NCBI GenBank assembly: GCA_964654135.1
Contig: CAZZHV010000002.1
Span: forward strand, 1 to 61,309
Direction of reading: 5' to 3'
From: an uncultured Candidatus Saccharibacteria bacterium
GTDB taxonomy: Bacteria > Patescibacteriota > Saccharimonadia > Saccharimonadales > UBA4665
Length of the DNA stretch: 61,309 nt
The notes under the pieces are model-generated. The model saw only the letters and a program-made list of their open reading frames with translations. It searched no databases and had not been told where the DNA came from. Both the position numbers and the translations under genes were made by a program. Positions 18,279 to 28,534 of the stretch are shown here, one piece after another. Positions within the stretch are counted from its first letter, which is position 1; every line of letters starts with the position of its first letter.

Positions 18279-19522
18279 TGGAGCAGTTGCGTCGTAATTT
18301 ACGACCATCGCCGGTGGGGCAACCTCGTCGCCACCGTCCTGACTATTTACTGATTATACTAATGGTTCTACTGTTGGCGATCGGCATGATCGTTGTATAT
18401 GCCATTAGTCCTGCATTGGCTGCCACTAACGGCACAAGCGACAACTACTACGTTGCACACCAGTTTCTAGCAATTATCCTTGGTGCTGTAATGTTTGGCA
18501 TTACATCGCGCTTTCCGTTACATGTACTACGCAATAAGTACATGATGCTAGTCGGCATTGCCGCAGTAGCTACCTTAATTGCACTGGTATTGCCAGTTAA
18601 CCCGAGCTATCCAGCTCACCGTTGGATTCGCCTGGGCGGCTTTTCTTTTCAGTCTGTTGAGCTGGTAAAGTTTGCAATTCTTATTTGGTTTGCCGGCTTT
18701 ATGGCGCAACGAATGAAAGAAGGCAATGTCGGTGATACGCAAGCAACACTAAAGCCTATCGCTATCGTACTTGTAGCAGTTGGACTAGTCATTGCCGGCG
18801 TTCAGAGTGACCTCGGTTCTACAGGTGTTATTGTGCTCATGATGGCGACGATGGGTTTTGTAGCCGGTTTGCCAATGAAGCGTATTCTGGTGATTGGTGC
18901 GATCATCTTGGCATTGCTCGTGTTAGCCGTGTCCACGACTCCGTATCGCCGCGAACGCCTCATGACTTTCATGAATCCCGGCGCTAACTGTCTGACAACG
19001 GGCTATCAGGTTTGCCAGGCTTTGATCGCTGTTGGCTCTGGCGGCACGACTGGTCTTGGTCTTGGCCGCAGCGTTCAGGCTTATGGATATTTACCAGAGG
19101 CCGAAAACGACTCGATTTTTGCAATCTATGCCGAGAAGTTCGGGTTTATTGGCGTAACGGCCTTGATGGTGCTATTTTTGGCGTTCTTTATGCGTATTAA
19201 ACGTGTCGCCGAACGCGCACCGGATAACTTTAGTAGACTTGTAGTTATTGGTATTTTGGTTTGGCTGTGTGCCCAGGCAATGCTCAATATTGGAGCGATG
19301 ATGGGGCTGTTGCCACTTAAGGGCATTACATTGCCGCTTATTAGCTATGGCGGTAGTAGTGTCTTGCTTGTTATGGCAGTTTTAGGTATTGTTTTTCAGG
19401 TTTCACGTTATACAAGTTTGTCAGCACCGGAAGGTTCAATGGGAGGAAATACGTATGAGAATCGTCGTGACGGGCGGCGGCTCAGGGGGGCATATCACCC
19501 CAATTCTGGCAGTCGCTCATGA
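18278..19522 (+). CDS. ftsW: SEDS-family peptidoglycan glycosyltransferase FtsW
   Basis: GTG start overlaps the mraY stop. PEAENDSIFAIYAEKFGFIG signature; about 10 TM. Confidence 0.9.
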   Translation: MEQLRRNLRPSPVGQPRRHRPDYLLIILMVLLLAIGMIVVYAISPALAATNGTSDNYYVAHQFLAIILGAVMFGITSRFPLHVLRNKYMMLVGIAAVATLIALVLPVNPSYPAHRWIRLGGFSFQSVELVKFAILIWFAGFMAQRMKEGNVGDTQATLKPIAIVLVAVGLVIAGVQSDLGSTGVIVLMMATMGFVAGLPMKRILVIGAIILALLVLAVSTTPYRRERLMTFMNPGANCLTTGYQVCQALIAVGSGGTTGLGLGRSVQAYGYLPEAENDSIFAIYAEKFGFIGVTALMVLFLAFFMRIKRVAERAPDNFSRLVVIGILVWLCAQAMLNIGAMMGLLPLKGITLPLISYGGSSVLLVMAVLGIVFQVSRYTSLSAPEGSMGGNTYENRRDGRRLRGAYHPNSGSRS

Positions 19523-20618
19523 AATTAAGCAACAGCATCCAAACGCAGAAATAATTTATATTGGCGTCCAAGGCGATAGCCTTGGCGATTTGCCGTCGCG
19601 CGATCCCAACATCGATAAAGTTGTTACGGTACGGGCAGGGAAGTTGCGACGCTATCATGGGGAAGGGCTCAAACAACTGCTTGATATCCCAACGCTCCTC
19701 AAGAACATTCGTGATGTATTTTATACAATATGGGGTATTTTCCAGAGCTTTTTGTTGGTTAAGCGCCTTAAGCCAAATGTTATTTTCATTAAGGGCGGCT
19801 TTGTGGGTGTACCAGTAGGGCTCGCTGCAGCACTGTTGCGTGTGCCTTATGTAACACATGACTCCGACGCCTTGCCAGGCCTGGCCAACCGTATCGTTGC
19901 ACCATGGGCAAAGGTGCATGCTGTAGCGCTACCAAAAGAAGTGTATATGTATCCGGCAGCAAAGACCGTGACAGTTGGCGTGCCAATTTCACGCAATTAT
20001 CATCGTTTTTCTAATGCTGAGCAGCAAACTGTGCGCAAGAAGTTAGGTCTCGATCATTATGCTAAGGTTGTGCTGGTTACAGGCGGCGGACTTGGCGCTA
20101 CGCGGCTTAACGATGCTGTAGCCGATTGCGTACCTGCTCTTATGGACCGATATAAAGACTTGGCTATTGTGCATTTGGCTGGCCGTAACAAAGAGCAGCC
20201 TCTGCGCCAGTTTTATAAGGAACACCTTGCTGCATCCGATCAGCCTCGTGTTATTGTCAAAGATTTTATTAATAATCTTTACGAATATAGTGGCGCTGCA
20301 GATGTTGTTATTACGCGTGCAGGCGGTACAGTTATGGCCGAATTTGCTGCTCAGGCAAAAGCCTGTGTTGTCGTACCGAACCCATTCCTGACAGGCGGTC
20401 ACCAACTCAAGAACGCCCAAGTGCTTGCCGATCGTAAGGCTATCAAGATGGTGCGCGAAGATGATATGGTTGCCGACCACCTTGCACTTATGCCACCACT
20501 CACCGAGCTGCTCGATAGTCCACAGCGTGCCCAGGAATTAGGTGAACGTCTTGGCAATATCGAACAATCTAATGCCGCCGAACGTCTCGCAATGGTATTA
20601 TTAGAAGTAGCACGCTAG
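19455..20618 (+). CDS. murG: UDP-GlcNAc:undecaprenyl-PP-MurNAc-pentapeptide GlcNAc transferase
   Basis: ORF trimmed to the ATG at 19455, which has a GGAGG upstream. GGGSGGHITPILAVA. Overlaps the ftsW 3' end. Confidence 0.9.
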   Translation: MRIVVTGGGSGGHITPILAVAHEIKQQHPNAEIIYIGVQGDSLGDLPSRDPNIDKVVTVRAGKLRRYHGEGLKQLLDIPTLLKNIRDVFYTIWGIFQSFLLVKRLKPNVIFIKGGFVGVPVGLAAALLRVPYVTHDSDALPGLANRIVAPWAKVHAVALPKEVYMYPAAKTVTVGVPISRNYHRFSNAEQQTVRKKLGLDHYAKVVLVTGGGLGATRLNDAVADCVPALMDRYKDLAIVHLAGRNKEQPLRQFYKEHLAASDQPRVIVKDFINNLYEYSGAADVVITRAGGTVMAEFAAQAKACVVVPNPFLTGGHQLKNAQVLADRKAIKMVREDDMVADHLALMPPLTELLDSPQRAQELGERLGNIEQSNAAERLAMVLLEVAR

Positions 20619-20648
20619 TCGTTACTGCGCATAAAATCAAAAGAGATC

Positions 20649-21590
20649 ATGTTTAAAAAGAAACCACCAGTCGAGCAACCTCGGGCCCGCCAACGCGTAT
20701 CCGATATGAATACCAGCCAGCAGCGCAACACAGCTGTGTTTTCGTATCATGCCAACCGTTCGACCAGTCTCGAAGCTCGTGGCCGAATGACAACCGAAGA
20801 GCAACAGCCTAAACGCAGTAAAGTGCCCCGTCGATTGCTGAGCAAGATGACGCCCAAGCATGCACTAGGTAGTCTCGTCGGCCTGATTGTTGTCCTTTTA
20901 CTTATGGGGCTCAGCAGTACTCCTAAAATAGTTGTATTGGGCGCAGACTCAAACCAATTTGCCCTACAGAATCTAGACGTTTATCAGCAAGCAGCTCATG
21001 TTGCTTTTGGAAAATCACTGACCAACAACAATAAGCTGACAATTAACACCGATGCAGTCGCTACTGAATTGCAAAGCAAATTCCCAGAACTACATGCAGT
21101 TAGTATTTCGCTGCCATTTCTTGGCCGTCAGCCTACTGTTTATGTACAGCCTGCAGTGCCGCAAATGGTATTCTCTACACCTAATGGTCAGTTTATCCTC
21201 GATAGCAACGGCCGCGCTCTGGCTGATTACTCGTCGCACACTGAGTTGCCCTCCGATCGCGCAGTGCCGATCGTAACAGATCAAAGTGGCATTACTGCTC
21301 GAAAAGGCGCTGTCGTGTTTCCAAGCCAAAGTGTGCGTTTTATTACCGAAGTTGCCGCCCAACTTTATGCCAAGCAAATCAAAGTTGATTCCTGGATATT
21401 ACCAGCAGGTGGCAGCGAGCTCGACGTGAAGGTGAGCGGAACGCCATACTTTGTTAAGTTCAACCTACAGGCTAACGCAAGGGAAGAGGCGGGCACTTTC
21501 CTGGCTACCAAGAACTATCTCGATGGCCAACACAAGACACCAAAGCAATACATAGATGCTCGAGTAACAGGCAGAGCATACTACCAGTAG
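20649..21590 (+). CDS. ftsQ: FtsQ/DivIB-like cell division protein
   Basis: Basic N-terminus, single TM, then a POTRA-like region. Lies in the position after murG. Confidence 0.65.
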   Translation: MFKKKPPVEQPRARQRVSDMNTSQQRNTAVFSYHANRSTSLEARGRMTTEEQQPKRSKVPRRLLSKMTPKHALGSLVGLIVVLLLMGLSSTPKIVVLGADSNQFALQNLDVYQQAAHVAFGKSLTNNNKLTINTDAVATELQSKFPELHAVSISLPFLGRQPTVYVQPAVPQMVFSTPNGQFILDSNGRALADYSSHTELPSDRAVPIVTDQSGITARKGAVVFPSQSVRFITEVAAQLYAKQIKVDSWILPAGGSELDVKVSGTPYFVKFNLQANAREEAGTFLATKNYLDGQHKTPKQYIDARVTGRAYYQ

Positions 21591-21784
21591 GTATTCTACA
21601 GTTCGTATTTTGTTCATAATTATAGGGGTGTAGGGCAGCATCACAAGGCTACCTTTCACAAAAAACATACAAAAATATATAAATACATATATGTCAAAAA
21701 TACACGAAGGTAAACAGGGCAGAAGGAGAGGGGAAGAGTATACAAAAAAATAAAATAGCAAAAATGCAAATACTTTTCACGCAT

Positions 21785-21828
21785 CTGTGGAAAAGTGGCA
21801 AATGTGATCGTGATCACTGTGGAAAAGT
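21785..21828. repeat. direct repeat CTGTGGAAAAGT x2 flanking the palindrome GTGATCAC
   Basis: Copies at 21785-21796 and 21817-21828. TGTGGAAAA is the complement of TTTTCCACA, a one-mismatch DnaA box. Confidence 0.6.
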
Positions 21829-22484
21829 ATATAAAAACACGTGAAATGGTAAATGTCAAAAAGCGACATCGCGAATTGTGATTGTGTGTATGTATAAAAC
21901 CCAAACACTAGAAGCTTTTTAGGCCTCAGGCCCGCGCTAATGGCCTAGGCACGATAGTGGTACATACCAAAGTATCTTGCTTACAAAACAATTAGTAAAA
22001 CGAACCGTTGAATGAAATAAATGCAAATATATACTAATAGTCATCAAACCCCCTACTTAGTGGACATCCACTCATACCTCCCCACGACCCTACTATAGAG
22101 TCGCAAAATATACATTGTGCGACATCTCGCGTACATCCTTTTGTGAGTGGTTGTGCGGCCGTTTTGGTATGTGCTCTGCACTATATTTCGTAAAAAATGC
22201 ACATTCGCCCGCTTTATGCGCGCTTCACTATTTTCGCCATGTGGCGACCCTTCGGCAGTATTTCTTTACAACGTCATACAGCCCTTTATGACGCATATTT
22301 GGGACGTAATGCTATATAACTTCGGCAAATAAACCCTATGTCGCAAAATGTTCGTATTGTGTTCGCTTTTCTATCAGATAATAATAGGGGTCAAAATCTT
22401 TGTTAACAGAGGTAAAAGGTTCCTCTATCTCTGTTAACATGCAATTTGACAGCGTACCCTTCACTTTGACGCATTGTAAGGCTA

Positions 22485-22510
22485 TAAAAAAGACCGCATT
22501 GCTGCGGTCT
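22485..22510 (-). terminator. rho-independent terminator of 22533-23582
   Basis: AGACCGCA-ttgc-TGCGGTCT, with a T-run on the minus strand. Confidence 0.75.
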
Positions 22511-22532
22511 TGTGATTATGCGTCTTGGACGT

Positions 22533-23582
22533 CTATTCGGCTTCTGCGAGCTCGTAGGTTGCCTTAGCAACGCGCTTGAACTGCGTCTTGCCCTGGAGGT
22601 TCAACAAAATAGTTGTTTCCTTAACGAAACGGCTCTTAAGTACACGCTTGACGATTTCGTCACGGTGCAATGGCTCGCCTGCTTCGCGGAGAACTTCGGT
22701 GATAATATCAGCGACTGTGCCCTTTTTGTAGCCCCATTCTTTGAGAGCGTAAATACCACGGCCGATCAAAACAAAGCGCTTGTCTTTGATAAGTTCGTTG
22801 TGAATTGCCTGAGTAGTAACGTCTTTACGCTTGAACTCAGAACCCTTGATAGCGCCAGCAATTTCGTTAAAGTGCATGTGCTTGCCATTGGTCTTGAGGA
22901 TAACGTAGATTTTGTCGCGAATGTTCTTAGGGTTGACCATAGGCCATTTTACGAGGCCCCAACGGTCGTTAAGAGTGGCAAGATCTTTAGAGATTGAAGC
23001 CAAAGCTGCAGCCTCGGAAATATCTTCGATGCCAGCTTCCTTAGCGATAGTATCAACAGTAGCAGGTTCACCAATCTTCTTGATAGCAGCGATAATGGTT
23101 GAAATAGCTTCCTTGATCGACTTCTCGTCGCGTACCTTGCGGATGGCTACGGCCTGGTGGAAATGATCGGTATCTTCGATGAGTACGAGTTCTGGGCAAA
23201 GAGTTGCCAAGAATGCAGTACGAGATTGATCTGTGCGGCTGTTCTCTGCCGTAAGAATACTACTAAGTTGAGAAACGCGTGCAGCATTGCCGCTTTCCTG
23301 GAGGTGTACAAGCATAGCCTGTTGGATTTCCTGAATGTGTGGAAGCTGGTCCTGTTCTGCTTGAGCCTTAAGGCGCGCAATAACTGCCTTTTCGAGTTGG
23401 CGAACACGTTCACGAGTAATACCCAGGAGCTCACCAATCTGTTCAAGTGTTTCTTTGCGATCAAACAGCCCAAAACGACGCGCGACAATTTCGCGTTCGC
23501 GGTCTCGCTCAATGGTAGTCAGAATGTCTTGCACGTATTGCTCGGTATCAAGCGTATGTGCAGCTGTTTCGGCTTTTGCCAT
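22533..23582 (-). CDS. sigma-70 region 4 domain protein with repeated HARE-HTH modules
   Basis: N-terminal IVARRFGL...TLEQIGELLGITRERVRQLEKAVIARLK. Followed by about three RpoE-delta-like HARE-HTH units (e.g. FNEIAGAIK...RFVLIGRGIYALKEWGY). Confidence 0.8.
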   Translation of the reverse strand: MAKAETAAHTLDTEQYVQDILTTIERDREREIVARRFGLFDRKETLEQIGELLGITRERVRQLEKAVIARLKAQAEQDQLPHIQEIQQAMLVHLQESGNAARVSQLSSILTAENSRTDQSRTAFLATLCPELVLIEDTDHFHQAVAIRKVRDEKSIKEAISTIIAAIKKIGEPATVDTIAKEAGIEDISEAAALASISKDLATLNDRWGLVKWPMVNPKNIRDKIYVILKTNGKHMHFNEIAGAIKGSEFKRKDVTTQAIHNELIKDKRFVLIGRGIYALKEWGYKKGTVADIITEVLREAGEPLHRDEIVKRVLKSRFVKETTILLNLQGKTQFKRVAKATYELAEAE

Positions 23583-23791
23583 GGAAGTGTTTCCCTGTCT
23601 GTTAAGCTGTTATTATTTTATATAATTATATAACTTTAAATTATATAAGTCAAACATGTTGTCTATTCCATTATTGTAGCACGAAATGGACAAAAGCCTA
23701 GAAAACATTACATAAAATACAACTACACATATGCTGTGTATAATAGGGGCAAATACAATATCCCCTACTCTGTTTTACCACTGTTAATGGG

Positions 23792-26095
23792 CTATTTTTT
23801 GGCAGCGCGTTTACGCGTAAACTTTTTGCGTGCTGGAGCTTCTTCGATGAGCTTTTTGCACTGCTCTTCGGTAAGGTCTTTGGGCTCGACATCCTTAGGA
23901 ATCTTGGCGTTTTTCTTGCCATCAGTAATGTACGGGCCGTACGGGCCATTTACAACCTTTATGCCGCTATCAAATTCTTTGATGTACTTGTTGGCGTCTT
24001 TTTCGAGTTTAACCTTGTAGAGGTCCCGTGCTTCGGTCTCAGTGATGCTAAATGGATCGTGAGGCTTGATACTTACGAAAACCTTGCCAATTTGAACATA
24101 TGGGCCAAAGCGGCCAATATTAGCTTTGATCTCTTCCCCGTCCTCAGTTTTACCGACAATACGCGGTAGTTCGAACATGGTTAGAGCTTGCTCAAGCGTA
24201 ACTTCTTCGAGCTTAATGCCCTCTGGAAGCGGTGCGAAGGTTGGCTTTTCTTCCTCTTCGGATGCGCCACGCTGGAGCATTGGGCCATACTTACCATATC
24301 GTGCCAAAACTGGCTTTTTGGTCTTGGGGTCGATGCCAAGTTCGCGAGCCTGGCTCACTTCGGTGCGAGAAATACCGCCTGCCGCATCTACTAACGGATG
24401 GAAATCTTTGTAGAATGCGCCGATCATTTTTTCCCAGGACTCCTTGCCTTCGGCTACCTTGTCGAAGTCGGCTTCGACGTTAGCTGTAAAGTCAAAGTCT
24501 ACGACGCTCGGGAAATATTTAACCAAGAAGTCGGTTGTCACCTCGGCAAGATGGGTCGGAATAAGCTTGTTGCGATCTGCACCGGTAATTTCGGTGGTTT
24601 CTGCATCTGTTACGGCCCCATCTTTGAGCGCAAGGCTTTGCACGACGCGCTCGGTGCCTTCAAGGTCGCGTTTTTCGATGTAGTCACGAGCTTGAATGGT
24701 CGAAATGGTTGATGCGTAGGTACTTGGACGGCCAATGCCGAGTTCTTCGAGCTTCTTTACAAGTGAGGCTTCTGAGAAACGAGCTGGTGGACGGCTAAAG
24801 GTCTCGGTTGCGGTCATGGTGTCGAGATCGAGCTTTTGGCCTTTTTCGATTGGCGGTAAGAGAGTGTCGTCTTTGACGCCACCGTATACTTTCATGAAAC
24901 CATCGAACTTGAGAATCTCACCCTTAGCAACGAGCTTTTCGTCACGATTGGAGAGCGCAATGCTAACTTCGGTCTTTTCGGTTTGTGCCGGTGCCATTTG
25001 GCTGGCGGTAGCGCGTGCCCAAATAAGCTGGTAGAGCTTTTCTTGTTGTGCATCTGCACCTGCGCGTAAGTTATTAAAGTCGGTAGGACGAATTGCTTCG
25101 TGGGCCTCTTGGGCTGATTCGTTCTTGGTCTTAAACTGGCGTACCTGGTGGTATTGCTCACCGTATTTGCTCTTGATGTGATCCTCAGCTGCCTTAATAG
25201 CAAAGCCAGACAGAATAGTGCTGTCAGTACGCATATAGGTAATGAGACCAGCTTCGTAGAGACGCTGGGCCAAGTTCATGGTCTGTTTCACGCTATAGCC
25301 GAGACGACGTGCTGCTTCTTGTTGTAATGTGCTTGTCGTAAACGGAGCACCGGGATTGCGAGTGCCTGGCTTTTGGGCGATATCTGCAACTGTAAAGATG
25401 GCTTGTGCAGCAGCTTCGAGGAATGTACGGGCATCATCCTTGGTCGGTAATTTACTGGCGAGCTCAGCTTTGAGCTCCTGGCCGTCAACAGTAAAGATAG
25501 CGACAATTTTGTAGCTGCTTTCTGGTTTGAACTCGCGGATTTCGCGTTCACGTTCGGCAATCAGGCGCACAGCAACAGACTGAACGCGTCCAGCGCTGAG
25601 GCCGGTGCGAATCTTTTTCCAGAGAACTGGAGATAGTTCGTAACCTACGAGACGGTCGAGTACACGGCGGGCCTGGTAGGCGTCAACGAGGCTGAGATCG
25701 ACAGTGCGTGGTGTCTTGATCGCATTCTCGATAGCGCCCTTGGTAATTTCGTGGAAGACAATGCGCTTTGTCTTTTTAGGGTCAAGCTTAAGGGTTTGCG
25801 TGAGGTGCCAAGCAATGGCTTCTCCCTCACGGTCTTCATCGCTTGCGAGCCAAACATCTTGGGCTTCTTTGGCAGCCTTACGAAGTTCGGCAACGACCTT
25901 CTTCTTATCGGAGTTAATTTCGTAGTTTGGTGCGAAATTGTTCTCGATATCAATATTCATGCCCTTCTTTGGAAGGTCACGGATGTGTCCGAAGCTGCTC
26001 TTAACGGTGAATTCACCGCCAAGATACTTCTCAATTGTTTTTGCCTTTGCGGGGCTCTCTACAATAACTAAATTTTTGCTTTTATCTGTGCTCAT
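23792..26095 (-). CDS. topA: DNA topoisomerase I
   Basis: 767 aa. TOPRIM N-terminus LVIVESPAKAKTIEKYLG and a basic C-terminal tail. Confidence 0.97.
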   Translation of the reverse strand: MSTDKSKNLVIVESPAKAKTIEKYLGGEFTVKSSFGHIRDLPKKGMNIDIENNFAPNYEINSDKKKVVAELRKAAKEAQDVWLASDEDREGEAIAWHLTQTLKLDPKKTKRIVFHEITKGAIENAIKTPRTVDLSLVDAYQARRVLDRLVGYELSPVLWKKIRTGLSAGRVQSVAVRLIAEREREIREFKPESSYKIVAIFTVDGQELKAELASKLPTKDDARTFLEAAAQAIFTVADIAQKPGTRNPGAPFTTSTLQQEAARRLGYSVKQTMNLAQRLYEAGLITYMRTDSTILSGFAIKAAEDHIKSKYGEQYHQVRQFKTKNESAQEAHEAIRPTDFNNLRAGADAQQEKLYQLIWARATASQMAPAQTEKTEVSIALSNRDEKLVAKGEILKFDGFMKVYGGVKDDTLLPPIEKGQKLDLDTMTATETFSRPPARFSEASLVKKLEELGIGRPSTYASTISTIQARDYIEKRDLEGTERVVQSLALKDGAVTDAETTEITGADRNKLIPTHLAEVTTDFLVKYFPSVVDFDFTANVEADFDKVAEGKESWEKMIGAFYKDFHPLVDAAGGISRTEVSQARELGIDPKTKKPVLARYGKYGPMLQRGASEEEEKPTFAPLPEGIKLEEVTLEQALTMFELPRIVGKTEDGEEIKANIGRFGPYVQIGKVFVSIKPHDPFSITETEARDLYKVKLEKDANKYIKEFDSGIKVVNGPYGPYITDGKKNAKIPKDVEPKDLTEEQCKKLIEEAPARKKFTRKRAAKK

Positions 26096-26163
26096 GCTTT
26101 TATCTAACTAGCTTATATGTAACCCACTATATTATGCAAATCTTAAAACTGATTGCAAATTAT

Positions 26164-27021
26164 TTAATGTAACGCCCACTGGTTACTGCCTAATGGTTTA
26201 ATTATTCCTTTTATTTCAAGCATGGTTACTGTTTGGTTAAAGAGTTGAACCGGGAGCATACTCAGTGCCAATAACTCTGCGCTATCCCTACTCTCCTCTA
26301 CTAGTAGGTCGATAAGTAGCTGCTCGTTGGGGTTATCGCTCTTTGCTGGAGCTCTCATGGCGGTCGAAAGGCCTAACGCCTCAAGTATGTCATGGGGGCT
26401 GAGCGCGGGTTGCGCCCCTGTCTTTATGAGTCGATTAGCTCCCTCCGAATTCATATTCGTGATGGCTCCAGGCACAGCAAAGATCTCTTTTCCCTGATCA
26501 AGCGCAAAATTTGCCGTATGAAGCGTGCCGCTTTTAGCTGCAGCTTCTGTAACGAGTAAGATATCGGCAATGCCTGAGACAATGCGATTACGCTCTACGA
26601 ATCTGCCTTTATGCGGAAGGCTTCCTTGTCCGTACTCTGTTATGAGTGCCCCTCCCTGCTTAATGATTTCCGACGCAAGCTGACGGTGCTGCCGCGGGTA
26701 GACGTTGTGCAGTTCGGTTGGTAAAACAGCAATAGTATGACCATCGCCCGCTAGTGCCGAACGGTGCGCTACCGCATCAACACCGTAGGCGAGCCCACTT
26801 ACGATAACGACGCCCGCCCTGCTTAGGGTTTCGGCAAATTGTTGCGTAACAGCCTTTCCGTAATTGGTTACTTTGCGACTGCCAACGATGGCGACTTTCG
26901 GCTTTAGCAATAGCTCTTCCCAGTTATTGCTGGCAATGTAGAGTTGTTTTGGTGGTTGCGGAATGTGACGCAAGACTTTGGGAAAAATAGCGTCAGTATC
27001 CTTTGCTGTGTATGTGGTCAT
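26164..27021 (-). CDS. dprA: DNA-processing protein DprA
   Basis: GLAYGVDAVAHRSALAGDGHTIAVL Rossmann-like core plus a C-terminal wHTH. Confidence 0.9.
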   Translation of the reverse strand: MTTYTAKDTDAIFPKVLRHIPQPPKQLYIASNNWEELLLKPKVAIVGSRKVTNYGKAVTQQFAETLSRAGVVIVSGLAYGVDAVAHRSALAGDGHTIAVLPTELHNVYPRQHRQLASEIIKQGGALITEYGQGSLPHKGRFVERNRIVSGIADILLVTEAAAKSGTLHTANFALDQGKEIFAVPGAITNMNSEGANRLIKTGAQPALSPHDILEALGLSTAMRAPAKSDNPNEQLLIDLLVEESRDSAELLALSMLPVQLFNQTVTMLEIKGIIKPLGSNQWALH

Positions 27022-27075
27022 ATGGCGTATCCTTTTTTGCGCCCGGATTATGCCACACCTTCCCTCGAATTGCGA

Positions 27076-28533
27076 TTAGCCAAATAACATTTCTACTCCA
27101 GATTGCCCGAATTCTTCCCTATCCGCCCTTGTATAAAGGTCTGTTAGGATTATGTCGTGAGCTTTTTTGAGCCCCTGAAGATGTATGCGGCCGATTTGGC
27201 TGGTGGAGAGCCCGATCATTTCAGCTATTTGGACATTGCTGAGCCCTTGCGCAAACAGCGAATTATCCCTGAGGTCTTCAGTATAGATAAGCTTGCCTGT
27301 AGGCGTATCGAGCTCCAAACCGTCTAAGTTTTCGCTATGAATACCGTAGGCGAGACTTAGCACTAAGGCCTCAGAAGGTCGTAGTAATTCATGTCTAAAG
27401 ACACGGCGTAACAAACTACGCTGCGTCATTTGCGCAACAGATAGTTGTACGGGGTCAATAACACTGGTCGCCTCTGCGGCAAGAATTGCCTTTGCTCGGT
27501 CACCGGGGGTGTGTACCGCATTACTTTTGTCTTGCTCTCGTAGCATCCCTATTGATGAGAGATAGCGGTGGCGCAGCTCACTCGTGACATAGTGCCCAAT
27601 GTCGCTACTAATACGCAGTATCGCGTAGTGTGCAAAGCTCGATTTTTCTTTATCGAAAGAAAGCGTAGCATTCCACAACGCAATTGCGCCGATCTGGAAG
27701 TATTCATCGTAGGTATCTACTTGACCCTCCTGTCCGCTTCTTCTGATGTATGAGAACGCGTATGACCTTGCGAGGCCGAGACCGGAGTAGAATATTTTGT
27801 GCCATGCGATAAGCCCCTGAGCTACGGCATCATCAGACATATTGCCTTTTTGGTGATACTTGATAGCGCCTTGGTCGAACTGTTCAAACAGTGGCACAAT
27901 ATCTTTTGGAGTAAGCTGGGTATACTTTCCATTTCCCTCTGTGTCAGCGACCGTACTCCCATAACTCCGTAGCTCTGTTTGAGCCGCGGAGTTATCGATT
28001 GTTCGGGCTGCTATAAAATCTCCCAATAGCTTCTCTCGCATTACCGAGAGCGTTACGCTTTTTTCGGGGTTTGTTGATTCTACTATCTCTAGCGCTGGAT
28101 GGATAGTGTAGCCTGTACCACCCTCGCCTTTTCGTATCAGCGGTACTCCAGATGGAGTAGTAAGTTTTTGCGCAAGACCCTTGAGACTTCTCGAAACGAG
28201 CGTTTTGTTGGTCTCGGTTATTTCCTGGATAAGGCGTGACCCAATAGGCGTCTCGCGATTAAGCAGTAATAAATTGAGCGAACGAGTCTCCGCAGGACTA
28301 AAATGTTGCAAGGTCTCACCAATACACAGTGTTTTCTTATCTGTCTTTAAAGCAACAAGACGCCTTACGCCGCCATCATCTCCCAGCTGCATGTCGGGGA
28401 TGATTAGTATCTCGTCGCCGAGCATGGAGCTTTGTATACCTAGATCTTCTGGCCATACGATACTTTCTTCTGGTCCTGTTGCGTCAATAGGGTCTATAAA
28501 CCTGTCTGCGATCGCTTCGCTGATTGTGGCCAT
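27076..28533 (-). CDS. sigma-70 family protein with N-terminal OmpR/PhoB-type winged-helix-like domain
   Basis: Trimmed to the ATG at 28533, 1 nt after the upstream TAG. Region-2-like YFQIGAIALWNATLSFDKEKSSFAHYAI. Region-4 HTH LSNVQIAEMIGLSTSQIGRIHLQGLKKA. The N-terminal FSPAETRSLNLLLLNRETPIGSRLI...VSRSLKGLAQKL...GTGYTI resembles trans_reg_C. Confidence 0.7.
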   Translation of the reverse strand: MATISEAIADRFIDPIDATGPEESIVWPEDLGIQSSMLGDEILIIPDMQLGDDGGVRRLVALKTDKKTLCIGETLQHFSPAETRSLNLLLLNRETPIGSRLIQEITETNKTLVSRSLKGLAQKLTTPSGVPLIRKGEGGTGYTIHPALEIVESTNPEKSVTLSVMREKLLGDFIAARTIDNSAAQTELRSYGSTVADTEGNGKYTQLTPKDIVPLFEQFDQGAIKYHQKGNMSDDAVAQGLIAWHKIFYSGLGLARSYAFSYIRRSGQEGQVDTYDEYFQIGAIALWNATLSFDKEKSSFAHYAILRISSDIGHYVTSELRHRYLSSIGMLREQDKSNAVHTPGDRAKAILAAEATSVIDPVQLSVAQMTQRSLLRRVFRHELLRPSEALVLSLAYGIHSENLDGLELDTPTGKLIYTEDLRDNSLFAQGLSNVQIAEMIGLSTSQIGRIHLQGLKKAHDIILTDLYTRADREEFGQSGVEMLFG

Positions 28534-28534
28534 A

